64,000 nt of DNA from Gemmatimonadales bacterium (GCA_037189525.1 JBBCJC010000005.1:640001-704000); one strand, 5' to 3'. Positions 28,389-38,850 are shown, numbered from the stretch's first letter. Notes: a model not told the origin generated them from the letters alone. Made by a program: numbers and translations.

Positions 28389-31300
28389 TCAATTCCATGG
28401 TGGGAGATAGGACGCGCGCACCGACCACAGCGTAGCCAGCGTCGCGCCGTCGTAGAGCCAGCCGCCTTTCATCACGTACGCGATGTCGGCAGTATGGCGA
28501 ATGTCGGTGAGCGGATTGCCGTTGAGGACGACCAGATCGGCCAGCTTGCCCGGAACGATCGAGCCGAGTTCGGATTCGAGACCAATGAAACGGGCGCCGT
28601 GCATGGTTCCAACTGTCAGCACTTCGAGCGGCGTCATCGCCTCGGCCAGCGCCCACGCTTCCCAGTGGGTTCCGATGCCGGGCTGTTCTCCGTGCTCACC
28701 CAGACCACTGTACGCCCCGGCACGCAGCAGTTCCGCCGCCGTCTCCGCCATGAACGGAAAGGAGAACTCGGACTTGGGAAGCACCCGTTCGCCGGCCGTC
28801 ATCCGATCGAGGAGTGCGCGGGGGAAGAACCGCAGATACTTGGGATCCCGATCGAGCCCGGCTCGGGGCCGGAAGTAGGTCTTGGCGCCGTGGACGTGCC
28901 CGGCCACGATGACGGTCGGCGGATTCTGGATGCCGGCCTGGCCGAAGAAGGTGATCACGTCTCGATAGACCGGAAACGGGGCGACCAGGTGCTCCCAGCC
29001 GGTCTGACCATCCAGCGCCAGGCCGACATCGAAATAGAGCGGCCCGCCCTCTCCTGTCTGGGTAATCCCTCGCCTCCGGGCGGCCTGCAGCAACAACTGA
29101 TGCTGGCGCCGCGAGGTCTGGCGGAAATTCTTGATACTGACCGCCCCCTGATCCTCCCGCCGGTCGATCTCGAACGACGCTTGCTCCGCAGTTGCGATCT
29201 CGACCTGGTCGCCCCAGGCCATGCCGCTGGTGATCAGGACATCGGCGGTCGTATAGGTCCGCGGTCCGACGATCCGCCCGGCATCGATCAACTCGGCGAG
29301 CGGAAAGACCGAGCGTGACACCGCCGCCGGATCGACGATCGTCGTGACCCCGTACGCCAGCGCCGATGCGGACGCCGGACGATGACGCGGAATCACCCCG
29401 CTCGGCTCCGAGGTGTGATGGGCGTGCACGTCGACCAATCCCGGGATGATCGTCTTTCCCCGCAGATCGATGACGCGGGACACGCCGGTGGTATCACAAT
29501 CGCCGACACAAGTGATCCGCGCTCCTCGGACCACGACGGTTCCCGACGGGATGACACGGTCGCCGTCGATCGTGATGATTCGGGCGCCCGTCAGGGCAAT
29601 CGCTCCGGACGGTAGCGGTCTCGGTACCTCGAGGACGACCGGTACCACCGTCACCGTACCGCGTCGCACGTCGTAAGTGATGTAGCGGTCGGCGCTGCTC
29701 ATTTCGAGCGTCGTGGCATCGCGCCACCCGGCGTAGCTGCCACCCAACGAACCCACCCGAGTGCGCCCCGGTATCTCGACGTTGGGATCGGTCGAGATGA
29801 TCACGTTAGGCGAAGTGAGCGCATGGAGGTCCTGAACCCAGACACTCCCGGCGGCTTCAAACGCAAGCCAGCGGCCGTCGGGTGACAGCGCCGGATACGG
29901 AAAGGCACCCGCTCGCCGCGCAGGAAGCGTCGCGACCAGCGTCGGCTCACCGCCGGCCAACGGGACCCGACGCACCTGAATCACCTGTCGAAGTGCCTCG
30001 TCGGAAGGGAATGGCCGATAGAGACTGCCTAGACCGGCCGCGTTCTCCATTTGATCCGCGATGCTCAGATCGGCACCCAGGATCGACAACTCGCGCGGCT
30101 CGCGAACCTGACCGAGCGGCGCGCCAATCATGCCATCCGTACCAACCGATACGATCTGCCACTCGCCTGCGGTGTTCCAGCCGTTCCATTCGGGCGGACG
30201 AGCCCCAGGGCCGCGCATCACGAACAGACGACCATCGGCCGTGAGCACCGGCGCGTAGTACTCCGCGGGATCGCGCGTCATCCGAACGGGAGTTCCACCC
30301 GATGGTGAGGCCGTCCACACCTGGCCGCGCGCCCGATCATCCCAGGTGACAAACACCAGACGATCTCCATCCGGCGACCATCGGGGCGTCAGAACCACGC
30401 CGGTGGTCGAATCTCCAGCGAGATGCCGCGGTGCGCCCGACGGCAGATCCATCACCCAGAGCTGCCCGACCGCGACGAATGCCAGTTGCTTTCCGTCCGG
30501 AGAACCCACGGGCCACTGAATGGCACGCGCCCGGAAACCGGAATCCGCAATGGTCACCCGGCTGCGAGGTTGCTCGGAAACGACCCGGTGCACCCGTGCG
30601 GAAAATGGGATGGTCGTCACGGTGCCGGTCGCAACCTCGACTTTCCGCAGCTTGCCGCCTTCGGACAGGACGATCGAGGCACCATCGGGAGTCCATGCAT
30701 ATGCAGGTACCGCGCGATACGCATACTGCGCATTCACCTGGGTCAGATCCTTGGTGATCGGCGCAATTACCCGCCGCTCGGCGCCGCTGCTCAGGTCACG
30801 TACAACCAATGCCGTTCGAGGTCGGAAGACGTGGCCGCGATACTCCATCGTTTCAGCCGGTTCCTCGATCGCAAACGCCATCCGGCGACCGTCTCGCGAG
30901 AGCACGGGAACCAGCGCAGCCGGAAGATCGACGCCGACATCCGCGGCATACCCGGTGTTCCGCAGTGCCTCGAGCGCCTCGGGAGACAGTTCCGCTGGAT
31001 CGCTGCTCCGCACGTTGTCCACCCGGCCGGACGTCAGTTCGAGCCGTTGGATCCGATGACCGGCGGTCAGCAGACCCAACCCTTCACCGGTCGAGTACGA
31101 GACGTGGAAATAGAGAAAGCGTCCCGTCGAGTCGAACGCCGGCGCCTCATAGTGCATCAGCTGCCCGCCAAGCAGGCGCGCCGGCGGAGACCCGTCCAGC
31201 GGCAAACGCCAGAGCTCGGAAGTTTGCCGATGCCAGCCGCGACCCGGCGTCCGAAAGACGCGAACGGCCACCACGCTCCGGCCGTCCGGAGCCCATGCCG

Positions 31301-31727
31301 GATCGGTAAAGCGCGTCGCCTGGTCCGCAAAGATCGGTCTCGGCGCGCTGCCGTCGCTGTGCATTACCCAGACATTGTTCTGCCCGCCGCGATCGGAAAT
31401 GAAGGCGATGGACTGCCCGTCCGGCGACACCGCGGGATCGAAGTTCAGCGCATTGCCGCCCGATTCGGTGAGTGGCCGGGCCTCGCCCCCCTCGATCGGC
31501 AATCGATAGATCTGCGCCAGCAGATCGAATACGAGCCACGTCCCGTCGGGCGACACATCGACCGACATCCAGGTGCCCTCGTCTGTCGTGAAGTCGATAA
31601 CCCGGGTGACCCCCTGAGGCGGCAGCAGGCCGTCGGGCGTTACCGTTCGATCAGCCGGCGCGACCGGACGACACCCCAGCATCACGGCCAGCAGCGTGCC
31701 GATCGCCCCGATGATCCGTACCTTCAT
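28389..31727 (-). CDS. Large lipoprotein amidohydrolase with N-terminal TolB-like/PD40 beta-propeller repeats
   Basis: MLGC lipobox, repeated SPDG motifs, IIPGLVDVHAH, GSIVPGKLADLVVL. Confidence 0.88.
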   Translation of the reverse strand: MKVRIIGAIGTLLAVMLGCRPVAPADRTVTPDGLLPPQGVTRVIDFTTDEGTWMSVDVSPDGTWLVFDLLAQIYRLPIEGGEARPLTESGGNALNFDPAVSPDGQSIAFISDRGGQNNVWVMHSDGSAPRPIFADQATRFTDPAWAPDGRSVVAVRVFRTPGRGWHRQTSELWRLPLDGSPPARLLGGQLMHYEAPAFDSTGRFLYFHVSYSTGEGLGLLTAGHRIQRLELTSGRVDNVRSSDPAELSPEALEALRNTGYAADVGVDLPAALVPVLSRDGRRMAFAIEEPAETMEYRGHVFRPRTALVVRDLSSGAERRVIAPITKDLTQVNAQYAYRAVPAYAWTPDGASIVLSEGGKLRKVEVATGTVTTIPFSARVHRVVSEQPRSRVTIADSGFRARAIQWPVGSPDGKQLAFVAVGQLWVMDLPSGAPRHLAGDSTTGVVLTPRWSPDGDRLVFVTWDDRARGQVWTASPSGGTPVRMTRDPAEYYAPVLTADGRLFVMRGPGARPPEWNGWNTAGEWQIVSVGTDGMIGAPLGQVREPRELSILGADLSIADQMENAAGLGSLYRPFPSDEALRQVIQVRRVPLAGGEPTLVATLPARRAGAFPYPALSPDGRWLAFEAAGSVWVQDLHALTSPNVIISTDPNVEIPGRTRVGSLGGSYAGWRDATTLEMSSADRYITYDVRRGTVTVVPVVLEVPRPLPSGAIALTGARIITIDGDRVIPSGTVVVRGARITCVGDCDTTGVSRVIDLRGKTIIPGLVDVHAHHTSEPSGVIPRHRPASASALAYGVTTIVDPAAVSRSVFPLAELIDAGRIVGPRTYTTADVLITSGMAWGDQVEIATAEQASFEIDRREDQGAVSIKNFRQTSRRQHQLLLQAARRRGITQTGEGGPLYFDVGLALDGQTGWEHLVAPFPVYRDVITFFGQAGIQNPPTVIVAGHVHGAKTYFRPRAGLDRDPKYLRFFPRALLDRMTAGERVLPKSEFSFPFMAETAAELLRAGAYSGLGEHGEQPGIGTHWEAWALAEAMTPLEVLTVGTMHGARFIGLESELGSIVPGKLADLVVLNGNPLTDIRHTADIAYVMKGGWLYDGATLATLWSVRASYLPPWN

Positions 31728-31826
31728 TCTTCCGCTCCTCGGGTCCGACGTGAGACCCAACGCCGTCCTTGTTGCCCCTGCGGGCCGACCTTACCTTCCG
31801 CAACACCCTCCACCGCTTGTCGAACC

Positions 31827-32519
31827 GTGACCGGAACCTGGAACCCGATTTCGACGTCGACCTTGAGCGATCGGGTCTATTCCGCGCTCCGCGACGGCAT
31901 TTTGCGCGGCGTCCCTGCCCCCGGCGAGTTCGTTCGGGAACAGGATGTCAGCGCTTCGCTCGGCGTCAGTCGCACGCCGGTGCGCGAAGCGCTGGCGCAG
32001 CTGGCGCGGGACGGCTACGTCGAGCGGATCGCGCGACGAGGCTATCGTGTCCCGGCCGAGTCGGTCGATCGGTTGCTGGAGCTGTATCCGATCGTGGCGG
32101 CGCTCGAAGTGCTGGCCGGCGAGCTCGCCTTCCCCCGGATCGACGCGGCGACGATTGCCTTACTGCGCGAAGCGAATCGCGAATGCATCGAGGCACTCGC
32201 CGCCAAGGACATCCGCGCCTCGATCCATCTGAACCACCGATTCCATCACCTGCTGTCGGAACCGTGCGGCAACCGGCAACTCTGCGACCTGCTGGATCAG
32301 CTCCGCGCCCAGGTCGTGCGCCTCGAGCTCTGGTCCGCTTCGCAACTCGAGCATGCCATCGAGGCGACGCATCAGCATGACGGCATCATTGCCGCCATCG
32401 AGCAGGGGGACTTCCCCACCGCGCTGGCGCTCCTCAAGACCAACCGGCTGCAGACCTACACCGCGTTCATGCAGGTGACCGGACGCGCCCCCACCCCTGC
32501 TCAAGTCCCCGGACGATAA
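31827..32519 (+). CDS. GntR family regulator (FadR/FCD subfamily)
   Basis: LGVSRTPVREAL wHTH; NHRFH and QHDGII FCD motifs; GTG start inferred. Confidence 0.9.
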   Translation: MTGTWNPISTSTLSDRVYSALRDGILRGVPAPGEFVREQDVSASLGVSRTPVREALAQLARDGYVERIARRGYRVPAESVDRLLELYPIVAALEVLAGELAFPRIDAATIALLREANRECIEALAAKDIRASIHLNHRFHHLLSEPCGNRQLCDLLDQLRAQVVRLELWSASQLEHAIEATHQHDGIIAAIEQGDFPTALALLKTNRLQTYTAFMQVTGRAPTPAQVPGR

Positions 32520-34627
32520 GCCCGCGAGAGATTGGCCTTGATCTCGTCCAGCGTGAACCAGATCGGTTTGAACTTCCCCGCGGCAAATAGCGGCGCCTGA
32601 TCGAAGAAATGCGGCGAGGCAGGATCGCCGCTCTGTCCGAAAGGTGTAATAGAGAGAGAGCGGATCGTCGGCCCGAACTCGATCACGGCCACGTATCCCG
32701 AACCGCTCCCCGCATACCTGCGCTTGGTGCCGGTGTTGGGCGCCATGCCGAGGGCAAAGATGGTCCCGACTCCGCTGCCATCCGCCGACGGCAACGGCAG
32801 GCTGGGACGATCATCGCGATAGGCGCTCTCGCCGTTGCGCTCGCGAGGGCGCTGAAGCCGGTGATGCTCACCGAGCGGGACGCGCTCGGTCCCGAAGGCC
32901 GCGCGAAGCGAGTCGCGCACCTGCTCGAGCGCCGTCATCCTGAACCAGGTCGTCGTATCCGCCCTGGCCGATCGGGCGCCTGCCAGCCACTGGTAACGCG
33001 TAAACCAGAGCGCCGGCACCGACGACACCGATCCTCTGCGATCCCACGCGACCAGTTCCTTCACCATTGGCGACAGCGCCGCGGCGCGATCCGCATCGAA
33101 AGCGCCAAGATGACGCCATTCGTCTTCGATGAGGGGAATCTCCCGATCCGCTGCGTAGAAGCGGGTGTCGAACGCCATCGCCGCCCAGCGCTCGAACGTG
33201 AACTTCTCCGGGCCGGCCAGGAGCTGCCGCGAAGCTCGGGCACGCCAGTTGTCGGAATGCAGCGCGATGTACGGCGGATAGTCCTTCCGATCGGGGTTGG
33301 CGCCGGCCGCGGTGGTGAGGAACGGCGTGGAATTGGTGTTCTGCATCCAGCCGGCCGGCGGATTGAGCACCTGCGGCATGTCATCCGGCGTGTGGTACCC
33401 CTGCCAGTCGGTGCGCGGGTCGGTTCCGTCCACCGGCTTCGACCAGTCGAATGAGGGATCGCGCCGAGGCACCGCACCGGAGTGGATGAAGAAGATGTTT
33501 CCCGCCTGGTCCGCATATATCACGTTGTGGTGGACCAGGCCGTTGATCGCGAACGCTTCACGAAACTCGGCCAGGTTGCGCGCCTTGCCCATCGCATACC
33601 ACTGCTGCAGCGCGCCGCCCCGATCGAGCCCGCCCATGTTGACGGCGAGCCGCTTACCGTTCCGCTCGCCTACGAGCGGACCATGGTGGGTCTTGCGCAG
33701 CGTGACGTGGCGGGTCTCGAACCCGCTCGCGGTCTTGACGCGCAGCGAGTCCCGCCATTCGACGGCGAGCCGGTGACCGTTGCCGTACCGGTAGGCGAGC
33801 GGGCGGGCCGGATCGTCGAAGACTTCCTCCCAGACGTCCGACATATCGGAGCTGTTAACGGTGAGCGCCCAGCCGAGATGCGCATTGTGGCCCTTCACCG
33901 GCACGGCCGTCATGGCGTACGCAGTGAGGCCCGTCATGTTCCAGCCCTCGTCGCTGATCCAGTGACTCTCATAGAGCGGCAAGAGCGGTGTGTGCGGGTT
34001 GACGAAGAGCATCGGATAGCCGGACGCGCTCTTGGCGGCGCTCACAGCCCACATGTTCGACCCCTCGTCCTCACCTCTCGGCGCCGGCTCGACGATTTTG
34101 GCCAGCGCGCGGATGTCGACGTCATCGGTCTGCAGGTTCAAGCCCCGATACATCGCGAACAGCATCCAGCCCTCGTACCGGATCGCGATCCTGGGCTTCA
34201 CAGCGGGGTTCTTATGGAGAAAGAAGTTGGTACCGTCGGCCCAGGCATCGACCAGTGCCTTGATTTGGGTGCTGCTGGCGGCGTACTCCTCCCGGCTCCG
34301 CCGCTCCACTTCGAAGGCACGAACGAAGATGTCCCAGCCAACCCCGTCCTCACCCTGGAGTTCGGCGAGACGGCCCAGCGCCTGGATGTACGCCGGCTCG
34401 GTTTCCTGGAAACGATCCTCCGCCCTGGCGTAGGCCATGCCGAACATGGCGTCGGCATCGGTCTTCCCGTGGACGTGCGGCACACCGTAGGTATCGCGAT
34501 AGATGGTGACTCGGCGGGCCAGACGATCCCATCGAGCCACGTCCGCTCGCGAGGGACGTTCCTGACCTGATGCCGTCCCGGAAACCCCGACCAGCACCAG
34601 TAAGGCAAGACGAGCGGCCAGAGGCAT
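32501..34627 (-). CDS. Penicillin acylase family Ntn-hydrolase (PvdQ/AHL acylase/cephalosporin acylase-like), secreted
   Basis: RDTYGVPHV, GSNMW (beta-chain N-terminal Ser), NPH, GQSGDPASPHFFDQ; SD GGAGG. Confidence 0.9.
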   Translation of the reverse strand: MPLAARLALLVLVGVSGTASGQERPSRADVARWDRLARRVTIYRDTYGVPHVHGKTDADAMFGMAYARAEDRFQETEPAYIQALGRLAELQGEDGVGWDIFVRAFEVERRSREEYAASSTQIKALVDAWADGTNFFLHKNPAVKPRIAIRYEGWMLFAMYRGLNLQTDDVDIRALAKIVEPAPRGEDEGSNMWAVSAAKSASGYPMLFVNPHTPLLPLYESHWISDEGWNMTGLTAYAMTAVPVKGHNAHLGWALTVNSSDMSDVWEEVFDDPARPLAYRYGNGHRLAVEWRDSLRVKTASGFETRHVTLRKTHHGPLVGERNGKRLAVNMGGLDRGGALQQWYAMGKARNLAEFREAFAINGLVHHNVIYADQAGNIFFIHSGAVPRRDPSFDWSKPVDGTDPRTDWQGYHTPDDMPQVLNPPAGWMQNTNSTPFLTTAAGANPDRKDYPPYIALHSDNWRARASRQLLAGPEKFTFERWAAMAFDTRFYAADREIPLIEDEWRHLGAFDADRAAALSPMVKELVAWDRRGSVSSVPALWFTRYQWLAGARSARADTTTWFRMTALEQVRDSLRAAFGTERVPLGEHHRLQRPRERNGESAYRDDRPSLPLPSADGSGVGTIFALGMAPNTGTKRRYAGSGSGYVAVIEFGPTIRSLSITPFGQSGDPASPHFFDQAPLFAAGKFKPIWFTLDEIKANLSRAYRPGT

Positions 34628-34664
34628 CGATCCTCCGCGAATCGTTAGACCACGATCAAATTGT

Positions 34665-34680
34665 ATATTGTCGACAATAT
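34665..34680. promoter_or_regulatory. Perfect 16-bp palindrome, probable GntR/FadR-type operator upstream of the acylase
   Basis: ATATTGTCGACAATAT; core TTGT-N2-ACAA fits GntR-family GT...AC boxes. Confidence 0.7.
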
Positions 34681-34767
34681 CACTTGTGGAAAGTCTACGC
34701 AAGACCAATCCATACGGGAGCAAACCGCAGCACGTCGCGACCGAGCAAGTTCTTAATGGCCTCGAGC

Positions 34768-36582
34768 CTACATCGCGTCCCCGGGAACAGCGAGACCAAC
34801 GGCCTTCATCAACGCCAGCGCATTGCTCCGGCGCACCACCCCGGGCTTGAGTCGATAGTCGAACTCGAGCTGGCCATCCACCAGGATGTCCTCGAGGTGC
34901 CAGTTCTGCGCCCGGGTCCCCAAACGGTCCGCACTTTCGGTCAGGGCCAGATCGTGGGTCGTCACCACTCCCACCGCCCCGAGATCCACCAGGCCATGGA
35001 GGATGCCGCGCGCGCCGATGGCCCGGTCGTGGGAGTTGGTTCCGCTCAGCAGTTCATCGAGGAGAAACAGAACCCGCTGTCCCGACTCCGCCGCCGCGAC
35101 GATATCCCGCAGTCGCAGAATTTCCGCATAGAATCGCGAGCGACCCTCCAGCAACGATTCCCGGAGGACCAGCGACGCGCCGAGCGACCACTGCCCGGCG
35201 CGGAGCCCATGAGCCCGCACGGGCGCGCCGGCGTAGGCCAGCACGAGGTTGGTGCCGATCGCCTTGAGCAGAGTGCTCTTGCCCGACATGTTGGAGCCGC
35301 TCACCATCAGCAGGCGGCACTCCCCGCCGAGCGTCAGATCATTGCGAATCGCTCGCTCGGTGGGCAAGAGCGGGTGTGCCAGGCCGGTCGCTTCGATCGG
35401 CTCGCCGACGCCGAGTATGTCCGGGAAGTGGTCGCCGGGGCACTCGAAAGCGAACGTGGCCAGCGACACCAGCGCTTCCAGTTCGCCGACGCCGTCGCGC
35501 CAGTCGGCCGCGCCGGTGCCGATCCGTTGCCGCCAGCGTTCCACGCCAACCGCCAGCTGCGTACCGAGCATCAGCAGCGCCGCCAGCGGCGCGAACAGTT
35601 GGTTACGACGCGCGTCGGCCAGATCGGTCAGCCGCTCGAGCCGGCGAATCTGGAGCGCGGCAGACCCTTCCCCGCCGTACCAGGACGCTGCCAGCGACGC
35701 CAGCCGCGCGCTGGTAAAGGATTCCGCCCGCGCCCGATCGACCAGCGTCGCCAGCACCCGAAGCTCACGCACCGGGCGATCGACCGATTGCAACACCCGG
35801 CGCACCCGCTCGCGAACGGCCAGGCCGAGCGCAATGCCGATCGCGTAGGACAGCGCCGGCACGAGGCCAGGCACGACACCCATCAACGCCAGGATCGTCG
35901 TGACCACGTTGGCGAGGGCCACGACCATGGCGACCGGACCGATCCATCCGGCAAACGGCACCGGTGGCGCCGCTAGCCAGGGCCGCAACACCGAGGCATC
36001 GAGGACGTCGCGTACCTCCGGCGCAGCAACAGCGAGGTCGTGACGCAGCGCATCCTTGCCCGCCAGTTCGCGAACCGCCTCCTGTCGCTCGCGCACCACC
36101 GCCGCGGGCGCCGGCGTCAGTAACCAGGCAGCCAGCGTACTCGCCCCGCCTTCCGTGCCCGCGGTCGACAGGTACTGGAACAATGAGCCCGGGCCGAACA
36201 GCTCGAGATCGTCGGCATAGAGGTGGGACTCACTCCGGAACCGGGCGCCATCGTCGCCCCCCTCGCGCCAGCGGTGCTCCAGGCGGGCCACTCCGCGTTC
36301 ATAGTAGGCGACCGATCGCGCCAGGCGCTCCCGCCGGCGCGCAATCCGTTCGTGCCAGACCACGAGCCCTATGAACAGCACCGCGAGCCCCGCCACGATC
36401 CAGATGGCCACCCCGCCGCGCGCGATTACGGTCGCTACGGAGGCCACGATGCCGGCGAGAAAGACGCCGAGACGCACCAGCCCGACGCGCTCGAAACGGG
36501 CGCTCTCTTCCGCAAGCTCCGCACTGACCTGGCTCAGCCGCTGGTCATAGATTCGGCGCGGATCGTTCTCCATTGCACTCAT
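34768..36582 (-). CDS. Membrane-anchored MutS-family ATPase (domain V only)
   Basis: N-terminal TM helices; Walker A SGSNMSGKS, SRFYAE, Walker B LLDE, THD. Confidence 0.88.
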   Translation of the reverse strand: MSAMENDPRRIYDQRLSQVSAELAEESARFERVGLVRLGVFLAGIVASVATVIARGGVAIWIVAGLAVLFIGLVVWHERIARRRERLARSVAYYERGVARLEHRWREGGDDGARFRSESHLYADDLELFGPGSLFQYLSTAGTEGGASTLAAWLLTPAPAAVVRERQEAVRELAGKDALRHDLAVAAPEVRDVLDASVLRPWLAAPPVPFAGWIGPVAMVVALANVVTTILALMGVVPGLVPALSYAIGIALGLAVRERVRRVLQSVDRPVRELRVLATLVDRARAESFTSARLASLAASWYGGEGSAALQIRRLERLTDLADARRNQLFAPLAALLMLGTQLAVGVERWRQRIGTGAADWRDGVGELEALVSLATFAFECPGDHFPDILGVGEPIEATGLAHPLLPTERAIRNDLTLGGECRLLMVSGSNMSGKSTLLKAIGTNLVLAYAGAPVRAHGLRAGQWSLGASLVLRESLLEGRSRFYAEILRLRDIVAAAESGQRVLFLLDELLSGTNSHDRAIGARGILHGLVDLGAVGVVTTHDLALTESADRLGTRAQNWHLEDILVDGQLEFDYRLKPGVVRRSNALALMKAVGLAVPGDAM

Positions 36583-38075
36583 CACGGCGCCGGCGGTACC
36601 GTCCGGCGGACCGGCCTGCCCGGCAGCACACCCTCGACCAGTTGCCCGTCGCGCACCACGAAGACGCCGTTCACCATCACGTGCGGAATCCCCTCCGACG
36701 CCTGGGTCGGATTGTCGAACGTCGCCCGATCGATCACCCGCGCCGGGTCGAACATGGTCAGGTCGGCGTCGGCGCCGACCTTGATCCGGCCCTTGCGCTC
36801 CATCTCGGGCACCGCGGGGCGCAGCCGCTCGGCGGGCAGATATGACATCTTGCGGAGCGCCTCCATCAGTGTGAGCGCCTGCCGCTCGCGCACGTAGCGG
36901 CCCAGCACCCGTGCGTAGGTACCGACGCCGCGAGGATGCCCGCGCCCGTCGATCAGCGGGACCGCATCGCTCGCGATCATGATACCGGGATGCGCGATCA
37001 GCGAGTCGACCGCGGCCTCGGGGATGACATAGGCGATGATCCGACCACCCTGCCGGCGATACCGGGCAAAGCTGGCCTCGGTGAGCCGCTCACCGGTGGC
37101 GGCCCACTCGATCGCGTCGTAGTCAACGCCCAGCCGTTCCCGCCAACCGGGATCGAAGATCGCCGCCTCGAGGTTGGTGGAGGCAGCTGCGTACGGATAC
37201 ACCTCCGTGGTCACGTCGACCCCACGCGCGCGCGCCGCATCGATCATCGTGGCCAACTTGGGCGCCTGGCTCAGTCCGCTGCTGCCCAGGTGGACGATGT
37301 GCAGCGACGCGCCGCTGGTGAGCGCGTCGGAGAGCATCTCCTGAATCGCGCCAAAGCTTCCGGCAGGCTCGATCAGCCCCATCCCGCGCACATGGACGTA
37401 AATGGGTATCCCGTTGGCCGCCGCGAGTTCGAAGAGCCGGTAGATCTCCTGCGGACTGGCTGCGGGCGTATAGTTGATGCCCATCCCGATGCCCAGCCCG
37501 CCCTCCCGAATCCCCTGCTCGACCAGCGCGACGAGGTCGGGAAAGGCCTCCGGCTCGATCGGTTGATGCGACCACGCCGGAGATCCAGCCGGGGTGAGCC
37601 GTCCGATGGCCGGATCGTCCTCCGACGTGGCCCCGGTGATGTGCCTGATCCGGGCCTGGACGTGGCTGACCGTCGCCCCGTAATTGATCAACCCCGTCTT
37701 CGCTCGCTCCGCATACCACTCGGCCACCGGCCAGACCCCGCCCTCCATCTCGAGCGCGGTGGTGACGCCGTCGCGCACCTGCCAGCGGTTGCCCTCCAGA
37801 TCCTGCATGTGGGCGTGGAGATCGATGAAGCCGGGCGCTACGACGAGGCCCGACACATCGACCTCTACGGCCCCGCGGAGCGGATCGGTCGATACCGCGG
37901 CAATCCGGTCGCCGCGGATCCCGACGTGCCGAACCGCATCGAGCCCCGACTCCGGGTCCATGACGCGACCGCCGGAGAGCACGATGTCATAGGGTTCGCT
38001 CGAACCGCCGCCGCACCCCGCCATGCCGAGCCAGGCGCACACGCCCAGCATCGCCAGTCGTTTCCTCAAGGCCAT
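36582..38075 (-). CDS. N-acyl-D-amino-acid deacylase / dihydroorotase-like amidohydrolase, lipoprotein
   Basis: APGFIDLHAH, TEVYPY, IASD, HPRGVGTY and GADAD motifs. Confidence 0.85.
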   Translation of the reverse strand: MALRKRLAMLGVCAWLGMAGCGGGSSEPYDIVLSGGRVMDPESGLDAVRHVGIRGDRIAAVSTDPLRGAVEVDVSGLVVAPGFIDLHAHMQDLEGNRWQVRDGVTTALEMEGGVWPVAEWYAERAKTGLINYGATVSHVQARIRHITGATSEDDPAIGRLTPAGSPAWSHQPIEPEAFPDLVALVEQGIREGGLGIGMGINYTPAASPQEIYRLFELAAANGIPIYVHVRGMGLIEPAGSFGAIQEMLSDALTSGASLHIVHLGSSGLSQAPKLATMIDAARARGVDVTTEVYPYAAASTNLEAAIFDPGWRERLGVDYDAIEWAATGERLTEASFARYRRQGGRIIAYVIPEAAVDSLIAHPGIMIASDAVPLIDGRGHPRGVGTYARVLGRYVRERQALTLMEALRKMSYLPAERLRPAVPEMERKGRIKVGADADLTMFDPARVIDRATFDNPTQASEGIPHVMVNGVFVVRDGQLVEGVLPGRPVRRTVPPAP

Positions 38076-38184
38076 GACACACTCCAGAAGAGGCTTGGCA
38101 CTGCCGCCAACGACATGCGACCGATCCGGGGGGATCGTCCCCGTCACGGTCGCACCGATTTCGAAGAGAAACGCCGCAGGGAGA

Positions 38185-38850
38185 TCAGGTCGGATTGTCG
38201 ATCGGTTCGCTGGCCGTCAAATCCGGCAACCCGGCCAGGAGGGAGCCCAACGCCCGCTCCCAGAACCGCCCCAAATCCCGCAGCATCTCGACCCACTGGC
38301 TCTCGACCAGCGCCCGCGAGCCGAGTTCCATCGCGCTGATCGGACGGGCCGCGAGCAGCGGCTGGAAGATAAACGACGTTAGGCGACTGCGGATTTCGCG
38401 GGGATCGGTGGCCTCGCCGATGATGGGCCGAGCCGGGTCGGCAGGCTGATCCCGGAGGCGCAGCTCCAGCTGCACCAGTACGCGGATCAGCGGCCAGGCC
38501 GCCATGGGAATCGTGATCCGTCGCGCGGCCGAGGTCCGCGGGTCTTCGATATAGCCGGTCCATCCGACCAGCGGAACGGTCCCGTCGTCGGCCGCCGTCC
38601 CCTCGAAAAACCAGTCGATCGGCAGGTGATAGGTCCGAGCCAATCGCGCCAGTGTTCCCCCGTTTGGCTCCTTGGCCCGACCGGCGTGGATCTCACGCAG
38701 CGACTTGTACGGCACCCCGGCATGGACCGAGGCGGCAAGGAGATCACCGTCGTGGACATCGTCGACCAGCCGGCGAACCCGGGCAGTGACTTTCATCCAC
38801 ACTGCGCGGTCCGACCGGGACGCGCGCGTGAAGCATCGCTCTTTCAGCAT
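38185..38850 (-). CDS. XRE-like helix-turn-helix protein with unknown C-terminal domain
   Basis: AGVPYKSLREIHAGRAKEPNGGTLARLARTYHLPIDWF resembles a Cro/C1 HTH; start may be 38796. Confidence 0.65.
   Translation of the reverse strand: MLKERCFTRASRSDRAVWMKVTARVRRLVDDVHDGDLLAASVHAGVPYKSLREIHAGRAKEPNGGTLARLARTYHLPIDWFFEGTAADDGTVPLVGWTGYIEDPRTSAARRITIPMAAWPLIRVLVQLELRLRDQPADPARPIIGEATDPREIRSRLTSFIFQPLLAARPISAMELGSRALVESQWVEMLRDLGRFWERALGSLLAGLPDLTASEPIDNPT

Noticed and set aside
30423..31826. Apparent 470-aa N-terminal extension or fusion on GntR
   Set aside because: It overlaps the opposite-strand amidohydrolase; the GntR domain begins only near 31827.
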